A DNA stretch of 64,000 bases, taken from NCBI GenBank assembly GCA_963707505.1, contig CAVPQB010000004.1, positions 256,001 to 320,000 on the forward strand, written 5' to 3'. Of this stretch, positions 18,159 to 28,738 are shown in pieces. The translations under genes and the position numbers were made by a program. The DNA comes from an uncultured Gemmatimonadales bacterium (GTDB lineage Bacteria > Gemmatimonadota > Gemmatimonadetes > Gemmatimonadales > Gemmatimonadaceae). Within the stretch, counting starts at the first letter, position 1; every line of letters starts with the position of its first letter. The notes under the pieces are model-generated. The model did no database searches. It was not told where the DNA came from and was given only the letters and a program-made list of their open reading frames with translations.

Positions 18159-18938
18159 TCACATCGTGAATTCGCTGCGGTAGCCCAGCTGTTCCGATAG
18201 CGAGTTGGCAGCCTTCAACACCGCCTCGCTGCACAGCTTTAGCCTGTCTGCCGGAACTCTGGAAATCGGCGCGCCGATGGTGAGCGCGCCGACCACCAGT
18301 CCCGTGTGATTCCGGACCGGCGCTCCGACGGCAGCGAGGTCGTCCTCCATTTCGGCCCACGCAACGGAATAGCCCTGCTCGCGCACCGTCGCCAGCTCTT
18401 CGAGGAAGTCGTCGAGGTTGGTTATGCTTCGCGCGGCAAGCTTTGGAAACTGCGCCGGCAGCAGTCGTCGCAGCTCCGCGGGGGCGTGCCAGGCCAGCAA
18501 GGACTTGCCCGCGGCGGTGGCATGCACAGGAAGCCGGCGACCAACCCAACCCGTATGCATGATGGGACGCGGGCTCTCGACCGCCGAAAGGTTCATCGCT
18601 TCGGACCCGACCAGCACCGCAAGATTGGAAGTCTCACCCGTGGTAGTCGCGAGCCACTGAAGCTCGGCGATCGCCAGCCGCTGGAGGCTTGTGGCATCGC
18701 GTGCCAGCTCGCCGATGACCGCGAGCCGCGCGGATAGCCGGTAGCGCAGCGACACCGGGTCGCGATCGAGAAATCCCGCAGACTCCATCGCGCTCAGCCA
18801 GCGTGACAGAGTTCCCTTGGAAAGTCCGAGCTGGTTCGCTGCATCGACCACGCCGACCTCGCGCAAGCTGGGCGAAAACAGCTCCAGCACGCTCATGCTC
18901 TTTTTCAGCACAGTCCTTCCCGTGACAGGTGAATGCAA
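18159..18938 (-). CDS. IclR family transcriptional regulator
   Basis: N-terminal HTH (LGLSKGTLSRWL), GETSNL, HATAAGK, VREQGYSV and AVGAPV. Confidence 0.93.
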   Translation of the reverse strand: MHSPVTGRTVLKKSMSVLELFSPSLREVGVVDAANQLGLSKGTLSRWLSAMESAGFLDRDPVSLRYRLSARLAVIGELARDATSLQRLAIAELQWLATTTGETSNLAVLVGSEAMNLSAVESPRPIMHTGWVGRRLPVHATAAGKSLLAWHAPAELRRLLPAQFPKLAARSITNLDDFLEELATVREQGYSVAWAEMEDDLAAVGAPVRNHTGLVVGALTIGAPISRVPADRLKLCSEAVLKAANSLSEQLGYRSEFTM

Positions 18939-19105
18939 CCCGGTTGCAAACTCTAGAACTCTAACGCATTCGCTTATATACGCACGGGAGCGGCCGTTGT
19001 GATGAGCGAATCCCTTGCTTTCGCGGGATCGGGGAGAAAATCCATCCTTGCGCTATACGACATGCCGTACGATGTTAATTCCGCGTTAAGACAATTGATG
19101 GGACG

Positions 19106-19126
19106 GAGTTGCAGAATATGCAACTC
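19106..19126. promoter_or_regulatory. Candidate IclR operator
   Basis: Perfect inverted repeat GAGTTGCA-N5-TGCAACTC in the divergent iclR/susC gap. A related TGCAAC-N3-GTTGCA lies at 18934..18948. Confidence 0.6.
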
Positions 19127-19239
19127 TTTTTCGATATGTTCTTGACGCCAGGCGATGCACGAAGCGACCCTCTACCGCGGAGAACAGGTGTTAGTTGCCA
19201 GCCCTTGTCTGCTCGCTCCCTTTCAACAGGACATCTGAC

Positions 19240-22200
19240 ATGATTACTGATCTGCTTCGCGCCCGCTGTCGTGGCGCGATTGGCGCGTTCGTGCTGCTTG
19301 TGTCGTTCGCTGGTGTGGCTGCTGCCCAGACGGGAACCATTACGGGACACGTGACGGTGAAGGGCACGACCCAGCCGATTCCCGACGCGCACGTGACCGT
19401 CACGGGGACCAATCTTGGCGCGTCGACCAACGCGACCGGCGCCTACAGGATTTCCGGTCTGAAAGCGGGAACGTACAGAGTGCGCGCGCTGCGCATCGGG
19501 TATGCAGAGCAACAGCAGTCGATCACCATCACCGACAGTCAGTCGCCAACCCTCGACTTCGCGCTCGAACCAGTTGCGACCAAGCTCGAAGGGGTTGTGA
19601 CTACGGTGACAGGTCAGCAACGAAAGATCGAGGTCGGTAACGCGATCGCGCAGATCGACGCGGCCAAGGACGTCCAGACCAAAGCAGTGGCGAACGTGGC
19701 CGATCTCCTCACGTCGCGAGCGGCCGGCGTTCAGGTGACGCCCGGTCTCAATACCGGCGGCGGATCGCGCATCCGCATTCGCGGAACGAGCTCGCTGTCG
19801 CTCTCCAACAATCCGATCTACGTCATTGACGGCGTTCGCGTCGAAGGAACGACCGGGTCATCGACGTTGAGCGTGGGCGGAACGACGCCGGACCGAATCG
19901 ACGACATCAATCCTGAAGAAATTGCATCCATCGAAGTAGTTCGCGGCCCATCAGCGGCGACGCTGTATGGCACCGACGCGGCAAACGGCGTGATCGTCAT
20001 TACGACGAAACACGGCATCGCCGGGAAGACTGAGCTGAAGTACTTCACCGAACAGGGCGTACACGTCGACAACAACACCTATCCGGATGCCTACACCGGA
20101 TGGACGACGGGCAAGACTGCGGCGACGACGTCGAGCGTGTCCAACAGGGTGAATTGTTATCTGACCGCCCAGGCGTACGGCACCTGTACGCAGGACAGCG
20201 TGACCAGCTACAATCTCTATAACGACCCTCAATCGACGCCGAACGGCGCCGGTTATCGTCAGGCGCACGGGCTTCAGTTGAGCGGCGGATCACCGGCAGT
20301 TCGCTACTTCATGAGTGGCCAGTGGGAGAGCGAGGATGGCGTCCTCAAGGTGCCGGAGTTCGACCAGGCCTATCTCGCGGCGCACAATCTCAAGCTTCGC
20401 CCGGAAGCGGCCGACCCGAACCACATGGGCAAGATCTCGACCCGCGCGAACTTCAACATGGCGCTCAGTCCGAAGTTCGACCTCGCGTTCAACACGGGCT
20501 ACACGTCGCAGAACATGCGACTCCCGACGAGCGACGACTCGGGAACCGAAGGAGTCGCCGGCAACACGTACGGCGGACCGGGATTCAAGTACAACATCAT
20601 CCGACGACCGGCGACACGTTGTACGGCTGGCGTCAGTTCACGCCACGCGACATCTACCAGGTCTACACCAATCAGGCGATCCAGCGCGTGATCACGGGAG
20701 GCAACTCCAACTGGCGGCCGACCGACTGGCTTCACGGTCCGCGCGGATCTCGGCCTCGACTACATCAACCGCACGGACACGCAGCTCTGCCGCTTCGGCA
20801 GAGTGCCCGGACCTCGGCGGCGACAGCCGGCTCGGCTTCAAGATCGACAACCGTACCAACTTCTTCACCTACACTGCCAACGTCAGCGGCAGCGCGACAC
20901 ACCAGATCAACGACGATGTCGGATCGACCACGACGATCGGCGTCCAGTTCATTCGCAGTCTGTTCGATCGCAATGGTGCGAGCGGGATTCACCTCTCGCC
21001 CGGCGCAACCACGATCAGTCGGCGCTGGCACATCAGCGCCGACGAGTCGACCACGGAGACCCGCACGCTCGGCGCCTTCCTCGAAGAGCGTCTTGCCTTC
21101 AGTGACGACCTGTTCCTGACCGGCGCGGTGCGCTCGGATCGCAACAGCGCATTCGGTGCGAACTTCAAGACGGTTCTCTATCCCGAAGGTGTCCGCATCG
21201 TGGGTCATCTCGAACCAGTCGTTCTTCCCGAAGTTCAGCTGGGTCAACCAGTTCCGTCTTCGCAGCGCTTACGGCGCATCGGGCGTCGAGCCTGGAACCA
21301 CCGACGCCGTGCAGTACTACTCGGCGACAACGCACTTACGTCCGAGTGCGGGACGCGCCGGCCGTCGTCTTCAGCGCGCTCGGCAACCAGCAATCTCAAG
21401 CCGGAGCGGTCGTCGGAGTTCGAGGTTGGCGTGGACGGAACGTTCTTTGGCAGTCGCATCTCCAGCGAGATTACGTACTACAGCAAACAGTCCAAGGATG
21501 CACTCATCAGCCGCGTTCTGCCGCCGTCGCTCGGCACCGGAACCACTGCACGTCTCGAGAATCTTGGGCAGGTGAGCAACAAGGGCTGGGAAGCGTTGCT
21601 CACGTTGATACCGATCCAGCACGTTGGATACGGCTGGGACATCACGTTCAACGGATCGACGAACACCAACAAGCTGGTGAGCCTGGGCGGGGTGCCGCCG
21701 ATCGTCCTGAGCACGACGCAGCAGGATCGCGAGGGATATCCACTCAACGGCTGGTGGACAAAGCCAATTCTGAGCTACAGCGACAAGAATCACGACGGCA
21801 TCATCGAGTACAACAAGGACCCGCATTGAGCGAGGTTACGGTCGGCGATACTGCGGCGTATCTCGGCAACTCGATGCCGAAGTACGAGGTGGCGATGACG
21901 AACGGCATCGACTTCTTCCACCGCCTGTTCCGCGTCGGAAGCGATGCTCGACTACAAGGGCGACTTCAAGATCTACAACAACACCGAGCGCATCCGTTGC
22001 GCGAGCCGCAACAACTGCTCCGGTCTGATCAATCCGGCGTCATCGTTGTTCGAGCAGGCACGCACGGTTGCGGTGCGCGAGCATCGCCGAGTCGTACCGT
22101 CGCCGGCTTCATCGAGCCTGGCGACTTCATCCGCTTCCGCGAGCTCAACGTTACGTTCACGGCTCCGGACCGCATGGGCGCACAAGGTTCTCCACGGCCG

Positions 22201-22363
22201 AGCCTGGCCGTCACGCTCGCTGCGCGCAACCTCGGCATTCTCTGGACGAAGTACAGCGGTGTCGATCCCGAAGCGTTTGCGACAACGGGCGACGCGCCGT
22301 CGGAATTCCAGGCGTTCGCGCCACCGACGTACTACATGCTCCGCTTCTCCACTCGGCTTCTAG
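19240..22363 (+). CDS. SusC/RagA-type TonB-dependent receptor (multiple frameshifts)
   Basis: Signal peptide, carboxypeptidase-reg domain, plug (IRIRG..SLS, DINPEEIASIEVVRGPSAATLYG), barrel pieces (LKPERSSEFEVG, RFRELNV) spread over all frames, ending LGF-stop. Confidence 0.88.
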
Positions 22364-22376
22364 GATGACACCTCCA

Positions 22377-23790
22377 ATGACTTCACAAATGACAATACGT
22401 TCGCGCGGCTTCTCTGCTGCGCTGGGCAGCGCCGCTCGCGGCTGCTGGTACGCTCGCGCTTGCCGCCTGTAACGTCTCTGACGTGCTGAAGGTTACAGAT
22501 CCGGACATCATCAATCCGAGCGACGTACAGTCCGCCGCCGGTGCGTACGGCGGTCCGCGTATGGCGCGATCAGCACGACTCAATGCAGCAACCAGCGGTG
22601 GTAGTAGCTGGCTCCGAAGGATTGTTTCTTCTGAGCGGCTTGCTCGCTGACGAGTGGATCAACGGTGATTCCTTCATCGACCGTCAGGCAGTCGACCAGC
22701 GCGTGATCAATCACGTCGAACAGCTTCCTCACCGACGTCGACCGGATGCTGCACCGTGCGAGGCTGTCGGCCACGCAGGCAGTACAGTCTGCTGCAGAAG
22801 TACAGTCCCAACGGTCCGCCGTCGGACATCGCCGAGATGTACTTCGTTCAGGCGTACGTCGAAAACGTGATCGGCGAGAATTACTGCAATGGTCTCATAC
22901 TGAGCACCGTCACCAACGGCACGGAAGTGTACGGCTCGCCGATGTCGACGACGGATGCGTTCAACCTCGCACTTGCGCATGCCGACAGTGGACTTGCGCT
23001 GATCACCGGCAACGTCTGCCGCCGATCTGAGAGTCGAAGGACGCGCTCATGGTGACGCGCGGCCGCATCCTGCTCAATCTCAACAGGCCGGCGGACGCCG
23101 GCCTGGCGGTAGCGGGCGTGCCAACCAGCTTCGTATACCAGAATCTGCATTCGCAGGCTACCACCGACAATCAGATCTGGAGTTACAACAACATCGCGCG
23201 GCGCTACAGCGTCAGCACCGGTGAAGGTACGAATGGTCTGAACTTCGCGACGTGCGAACGATCCGCGAATCCCCATCTGCACAGGTGGCGATACAAAGTG
23301 CAAGGCGATCGGCGCCACGTTCAGCACGCGAGACGACGGGTCGACTCCGCTATTCGTACAGATCGATCTGGCCGACGCGCGATGCTTCGGTGACGATCGT
23401 TGGCGGTGTCGAAGCGCGTATGATCGAAGCCGAGGCGGCGTTCCGCGCAGGCAATCCAGCCGGCGCGATCGCCAAGCTCAATCAGGCACGCAGTGAAGGC
23501 GGTGTCGCCGGACTTCCAGCGAACGCTGACCGATCCCGGTACGGACCCGGCACGCGTCGATCTGATTTTCCGTGAGCGTGCATTCTGGCTGTTCTCGACC
23601 GGGCATCGTGTTGGCGACATGCGCCGCCTCATCAAGTTCTACAACAGGCCCGCCGAGTCGGTCTTCCCGACGGGCGCCTGGCACAAGGGCGGGCAATTAC
23701 GGTACGGATGTGAACTTCCCTGTTCCGCAGGCGGAGCAGAACAATCCGAACCTGCCGTCTGCTCAGACATGCACTGACCGCAACGCGTGA
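22377..23790 (+). CDS. SusD/RagB-type outer-membrane lipoprotein (multiple frameshifts)
   Basis: LAAC lipobox, DPDIINP, GLLADEW, EARMIEAEA, ERAFWLFSTGHRVGDMRR and FPVPQAEQNNPN occur in different frames. Confidence 0.85.
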
Positions 23791-25964
23791 TGCATTCGGC
23801 ATTTTCGCAAAGCGCCATGCGGTCGCTCCTTGTAGTTCCGCTTTTCGTCTGTGCCTCCACGATCGTGGAGGCACAGACGGGTCCGCCGGATATCGCGAAA
23901 CACGTAGAGGTGCGGCGCACGGAACATGGTGTGCCGCACATTCGTGCAGATAACATGGAAGCGGCCGGGTATGGTCTGGGGTACCTTCAGATCGAAGATT
24001 ACGGTGCCCGTGTCGCGATGGGTTTGCTGCACTCGCGGGGTGAGATGGGTCGCTGGTTCGGACGCGACAGCATCGAAGGTGACTTCAACGCACGTCTGAC
24101 GTACGAGACAGCGGTCCGCGGATATCCCACGCTCGATACGGATACACGCGCGATCTATGACGGATTCGCCGAGGGCGTGAACCGCTACATCGAGCTGCAT
24201 CCCGAGGAGTTTCCAACGGGATTCGCGCCGCATTTCACCGGCTATGATGTACTCGCGCATGAGGTGTCGGGCGCATCAGCGCGTGAGGCTGCGCGGTTTC
24301 TCAGCAGGGTCGATCCCAAGGCGCGCCGCGCCAGAAACGCGGAGCCGGAAGTTGCAGTTGCGTCCCCGATCGCCGGCGGTCAGGATCCGCCGGACGAAGG
24401 TTCCAATGCGTGGGCCTTCGCGCCCAGCCGCACCAAGTCGGGACACGCGATTCTGTTGCGCAATCCACATCTAAACTGGAATTCCGGTTACTACGAGGCG
24501 CAGCTCACGGTGCCTGGAGTGATGGATTTTTACGGCGACTTCCGCATAGGCAGTCCGTTCGGAGTGGTCGGAGGCTTCAATCGCGACCTCGGGTGGTCGA
24601 CGACCAATAATTCGCCGCTGCTTTCCCAGATTTACTCGCTCGACGTCGATTCAACTCAGGTGGATCACTACTTGCTCGATGGTGCGTCGATTCCGTTGCA
24701 ACGCCAGCTGACGACAGTGGAGTTTCGCAACGGCAACGGTCTGTCGAGTGAGACGCGCGAAACGTTTCGCACCACGCTGGGGCCGGTCATCTATCGTGGC
24801 AATGGCAAGATCTACGTTTTGAAGGCAGCTGGTGATGGCGATGTTCGCGGTGGCGAGCAGTTCCTGCGCATGATGCGCTCGCACTCGCTCGCCGAGTGGA
24901 AGGACGCGATGCGCATGAGAGCGCGCATCACCTCCAACTTCACCTACGCGGATCGCGCCGGCAACATTCTTTACGTGTGGAACGCATCGATACCGAAACT
25001 TCCGCTGCCGAGCGGCGGTGATACGGCCGCGGTACCGATCACGCGCACGTCCGAAGCGTGGACCAGCTACATACCGTTCGACTCGCTGCCGCAGTTGCTC
25101 AATCCGAAGGGTGGGTATGTCGAGAATTCGAATGACCCGCCGTACTTCACCAACCTTCAGCAACCGCTTGACCGTTCAAAATATCCCGCGTACTTCCCCG
25201 AGCCGCGCCTCGGTCTGCGACAGCAGCTTGCGCTCAGTCTGATCAACAACGATCGCAAGTTGAATCTGCAGGATGTGCTCGCGCTCAAGCATTCGTACAG
25301 GATGCTGCTCGCAGATCGCGTACGTGACGATCTGGTGAAGGAAGTGCGCGCGTCCAATCCGTCGCCGGATGTCGCAAAGGCGATCGACATGATTGCCAAT
25401 TGGGACAAGACTGTCGCACCTGGGAGTCGCGGCGGGGTCCTGTTCGAGATGTGGTGGCGCAAGTACATCGATCACACTCGGCCCGACACGATGTATGCCG
25501 TGCAGTGGACCGAGAAGCAGCCAGCATCGACGCCAAGCGGGATTCGTTTTCCAGATCGCTCGGTCGACGCGTTCAAGTGGGCTGTCGAGGAGACTACGCG
25601 ACGCTTTGGAGCCCCGGACGTCGCCTGGGGTGACGTGCATCGCGTGCGAATCGGAAAGGTCGATGTTCCGGTTGGTGGCTGCAACGGTGACATCGGATGC
25701 TTCCGTGTTCTGTGGTACAAGGACGATCCCGACGGCAAGCGCGAAGCAAACGGTGGTGATGGCTGGATTCTCGCGGTGGAGTTCGACAACGAGCCACAGG
25801 CCTACTCCGTACTCGCTTACGGAGAGAGCTCAAGGGAGGATTCACCTTTCCACAGTGACCAGGCGGAGATGTTTGCTCGTGGCGAGCTCAAGCGCGTCTA
25901 CTGGCAGGAGAAGGATGTAGAGACGCACACTATCCGACGCTACCGTCCTGGGGAAAAGCGGTAG
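23787..25964 (+). CDS. Penicillin/AHL acylase family Ntn hydrolase
   Basis: GVPHIRA, GSNAWA nucleophile site, LLRNPH, NFTYAD and final YGES...DQAEMF. Confidence 0.93.
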   Translation: MMHSAFSQSAMRSLLVVPLFVCASTIVEAQTGPPDIAKHVEVRRTEHGVPHIRADNMEAAGYGLGYLQIEDYGARVAMGLLHSRGEMGRWFGRDSIEGDFNARLTYETAVRGYPTLDTDTRAIYDGFAEGVNRYIELHPEEFPTGFAPHFTGYDVLAHEVSGASAREAARFLSRVDPKARRARNAEPEVAVASPIAGGQDPPDEGSNAWAFAPSRTKSGHAILLRNPHLNWNSGYYEAQLTVPGVMDFYGDFRIGSPFGVVGGFNRDLGWSTTNNSPLLSQIYSLDVDSTQVDHYLLDGASIPLQRQLTTVEFRNGNGLSSETRETFRTTLGPVIYRGNGKIYVLKAAGDGDVRGGEQFLRMMRSHSLAEWKDAMRMRARITSNFTYADRAGNILYVWNASIPKLPLPSGGDTAAVPITRTSEAWTSYIPFDSLPQLLNPKGGYVENSNDPPYFTNLQQPLDRSKYPAYFPEPRLGLRQQLALSLINNDRKLNLQDVLALKHSYRMLLADRVRDDLVKEVRASNPSPDVAKAIDMIANWDKTVAPGSRGGVLFEMWWRKYIDHTRPDTMYAVQWTEKQPASTPSGIRFPDRSVDAFKWAVEETTRRFGAPDVAWGDVHRVRIGKVDVPVGGCNGDIGCFRVLWYKDDPDGKREANGGDGWILAVEFDNEPQAYSVLAYGESSREDSPFHSDQAEMFARGELKRVYWQEKDVETHTIRRYRPGEKR

Positions 25965-26060
25965 CGTGGCCGGCCCGGTTGTGCTCAACACCGGGCCGAC
26001 GACGCGATGGAGCAGTTCGGGTGGGAAGATCATTTCAAGACACTGGAGATTGGGCAGTAG

Positions 26061-26714
26061 ATGACAGAGCACGTGCGGTACGTCGAGCAGTCCCCCATGC
26101 GCGTCGGCCCGGTAACGCTGGAAGGAAGTCGTGTCCGGCTGATACCAATGACGCTGGATCACGTTGAAGCATTGTTCGAGGCGGCTGACTTCCCTGCGAT
26201 ATGGGAGCACACCACGACCCAGCCGATGGAAACGGTCTCCGACATAAAGACATACATAGAAACCGCGCTCGCCGAGCAGGCGGCCGGTCAGACGATTCCC
26301 TTCGTGACGACGGACCGTGTTACAGGTGAAGTGCTCGGATCCACGCGTTTTGCCGACATCAGCCCCAACGACAGGCGCCTCGCGGTTGGTTGGACATGGC
26401 TGCGCCCCGACCGTCAACGCACCGGAATCAACGGCGAGGCGAAGGCGTTGATGCTCCAGCAGGCGTTCGACGTCTGGGGCGCACTGCGGGTCGAGATCAG
26501 GACTGACGTGCGCAACACCAGATCAAGAGCGGCGATCGAGCGGATCGGTGGCACCTATGAGGGGACCCTTCGACAGCACATGATCGTCGACGGCCGCGTG
26601 CGCAACACCGCCTATTACAGCGTCATCGACACCGATTGGCGGGATCCTGGTCACCGTGCGTACAAGAACGCGCGTTCCTATGGCATCATCCCCAGGGTCG
26701 AGCCACTGGTCTGA
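26061..26714 (+). CDS. RimJ/RimL-type GNAT N-acetyltransferase (copy 1)
   Basis: LEGSRVRLIP, GSTRF, GWTW, RVEIRTDVRNTRSRAAIERIG. Confidence 0.9.
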   Translation: MTEHVRYVEQSPMRVGPVTLEGSRVRLIPMTLDHVEALFEAADFPAIWEHTTTQPMETVSDIKTYIETALAEQAAGQTIPFVTTDRVTGEVLGSTRFADISPNDRRLAVGWTWLRPDRQRTGINGEAKALMLQQAFDVWGALRVEIRTDVRNTRSRAAIERIGGTYEGTLRQHMIVDGRVRNTAYYSVIDTDWRDPGHRAYKNARSYGIIPRVEPLV

Positions 26715-26751
26715 GCACCGCCGGTCCTGTCAGCTAGATTTGAAGGCGAAG

Positions 26752-27573
26752 ATGTCCTCCCAGCCGACTTTCAACGTGGGCTCGCCCGAAAGCGCCGGAT
26801 CCATCACCATCCGCCGTGTCGCCACGCTCCCCGAATACGACGAGTGCGTCGTCATCGAGCGCGAAACGTGGGGCAGTCAATTCGCCGAGGTGGTACCGAG
26901 CATCATTCTGCGCATCGCCCAGGAAATGGGCGGCGTTACAGCTGCGGCGTTCGCGGCCGATGGCTCCATGCTCGGCTTCGTTTTCGGCATTACCGGCGTT
27001 CGCGACGGCGAGCTTGCTCACTGGTCAGACATGCTGGCGGTGCGTGTTGGCGCGCGTGACATGGGTCTCGGGAAGAAGCTCAAGACATACCAGCGCGATC
27101 TCCTGCTCGAGATCGGCGTGCGCAAGATGTACTGGACGTATGACCCTCTCGTGGCGCGCAATGCATATCTCAATCTGATGCAGCTCGGTGCGCGCGCGGT
27201 GGAGTATCGCACGAATTTCTATGGCGAGGATACGGGCAGTGTATTGCACAGCTCACTCGGCACGGATCGGTTCATCGTTGCCTGGCAGCTCGACGACACC
27301 GCGCCGCGCGGCGGCGGCCTGGACACTGTAGAGTGGGCGAGCACACCCCTCATCGAGGAAGTACTGCCGACTATCCTTCCCGAGGATGCGCGTGTGCGGG
27401 TCGCTATACCGAATGATATTTTTGCAATACTCGACGCCGACGCAAAGCGTGCTGCCCGGTGGCGTGAGACAACTCGCACCGCCCTCACGACGTATCTTGA
27501 CCGCGGATATTCCGTCCTCGGCTTTTTGCGCGGCGATGACGCCGCGCCTGGCACCTATTTGCTGGCACGATGA
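26752..27573 (+). CDS. GNAT acyltransferase, probable D-amino-acid N-succinyltransferase type
   Basis: HWSDMLAV, GLGKKLK.YQR, WTYDPLVARNAYLNL, NFYG and TDRF. Directly upstream of NSAR/OSBS. Confidence 0.8.
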   Translation: MSSQPTFNVGSPESAGSITIRRVATLPEYDECVVIERETWGSQFAEVVPSIILRIAQEMGGVTAAAFAADGSMLGFVFGITGVRDGELAHWSDMLAVRVGARDMGLGKKLKTYQRDLLLEIGVRKMYWTYDPLVARNAYLNLMQLGARAVEYRTNFYGEDTGSVLHSSLGTDRFIVAWQLDDTAPRGGGLDTVEWASTPLIEEVLPTILPEDARVRVAIPNDIFAILDADAKRAARWRETTRTALTTYLDRGYSVLGFLRGDDAAPGTYLLAR

Positions 27574-27595
27574 CACGCACCAACGGACTCAATCG

Positions 27596-28720
27596 ATGAT
27601 TCGAATTCAGGAGATCACCCTTCACGAAATTCGGCTTCCACTCAAGGAGCCATTTCGTATCTCGTCCGGCTTGTGCACCGAGAGGCGAATCATGCTTCTC
27701 AAGGTGCGCGATGCCGACGGCGTCACGGTGTGGAGTGAATGCGTCGCCGGCGAGCGCCCCAACTACGCCTCTGAAACGATCGACGCCGCATGGCTCGTGA
27801 TCAGCGAATACGTCGCGCCGCGCGTGTTCGGAACGGAATTCGAGCAGGCTGCGCACGTTCACCCGGCGCTCGAGGTCAACTTCCGTGGCCACAACATGGC
27901 GAAGGCCGCGATCGAAATGGCCTCATGGGCGCTCGTCGCCGAGCGCGATGGCATGCCGCTCGCGCGACTGCTCGGCGGCACGCGTACCGAGATTCCTACA
28001 GGAATATCAATCGGTATTCAGGCATCGCCCGATGCGCTGGTCGCACGCGTCGGACGTGCGCTCGCCGACGGATATCGCAAGATCAAGCTCAAGATCGAGC
28101 CAGGTCACGACCTGGATTTCATTCGCGCGGTACGCAACGCGTATCCTGATGCACCATTGATGGCGGACGCGAACAACGCCTATACTCTCAAGGACGCCGC
28201 GCATCTCAAGCAGCTAGACCCGCTTCACCTCGTGATGATCGAGCAGCCGCTCGCGTATGATGACATCGTGCGTCACGCCGAGCTGCAGCACATGCTCACG
28301 ACGCCGATCTGCCTGGATGAGTCGATAACGAGCGTGGATCGCGCCGAGGATATGATCACGCTCAAGAGCGGTCGCATCATCAACATCAAACCCGGCCGCG
28401 TTGGCGGATTCCAGCAGGCGCGCGCGATCCACGACCTGTGCGCCAAGCATGGAATACCAGTTTGGTGCGGCGGAATGCTGGAGAGCGGAATCGGTCGCTC
28501 GTACAACGTTGCGCTCGCATCGCTCCCGAATTTCACCATCCCTGGCGACCTGAGCCCGAGCGCGCGGTACTGGGAGCGTGACGTCATCAAGCCCGAGTGG
28601 ACGATGAGTCCCGAAGGCATGATGCAAGTGCCGCTGAATCGTGCAGGCATCGGTGTCGCGGTAGACGAAGATCGCATCGACGATCTCACCGTCCGTTCCA
28701 CCACGCTCAGCGCGAAGTAA
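27596..28720 (+). CDS. menC: o-succinylbenzoate synthase / N-succinylamino-acid racemase (enolase superfamily, NSAR/OSBS type)
   Basis: KIKLK, MADANNAY, IEQPL, CLDESI, INIKPGRVGG, WCGGMLESGIG and PGDLS.SARYW. Confidence 0.9.
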   Translation: MIRIQEITLHEIRLPLKEPFRISSGLCTERRIMLLKVRDADGVTVWSECVAGERPNYASETIDAAWLVISEYVAPRVFGTEFEQAAHVHPALEVNFRGHNMAKAAIEMASWALVAERDGMPLARLLGGTRTEIPTGISIGIQASPDALVARVGRALADGYRKIKLKIEPGHDLDFIRAVRNAYPDAPLMADANNAYTLKDAAHLKQLDPLHLVMIEQPLAYDDIVRHAELQHMLTTPICLDESITSVDRAEDMITLKSGRIINIKPGRVGGFQQARAIHDLCAKHGIPVWCGGMLESGIGRSYNVALASLPNFTIPGDLSPSARYWERDVIKPEWTMSPEGMMQVPLNRAGIGVAVDEDRIDDLTVRSTTLSAK

Positions 28721-28738
28721 CACAACAGAGAAACCGAA

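Noticed and set aside
19008..19030. GAATCCCTTGCTTTCGCGGGATC as another REP copy
   Set aside because: It shares only the GCTTTCGCGGGA core, lacks the CGTCAT/ATGACG tails and has a broken stem. Too degenerate to call.
27596..28720. Menaquinone biosynthesis operon
   Set aside because: No other men genes are nearby. The GNAT and M20 neighbours point to the racemase role.
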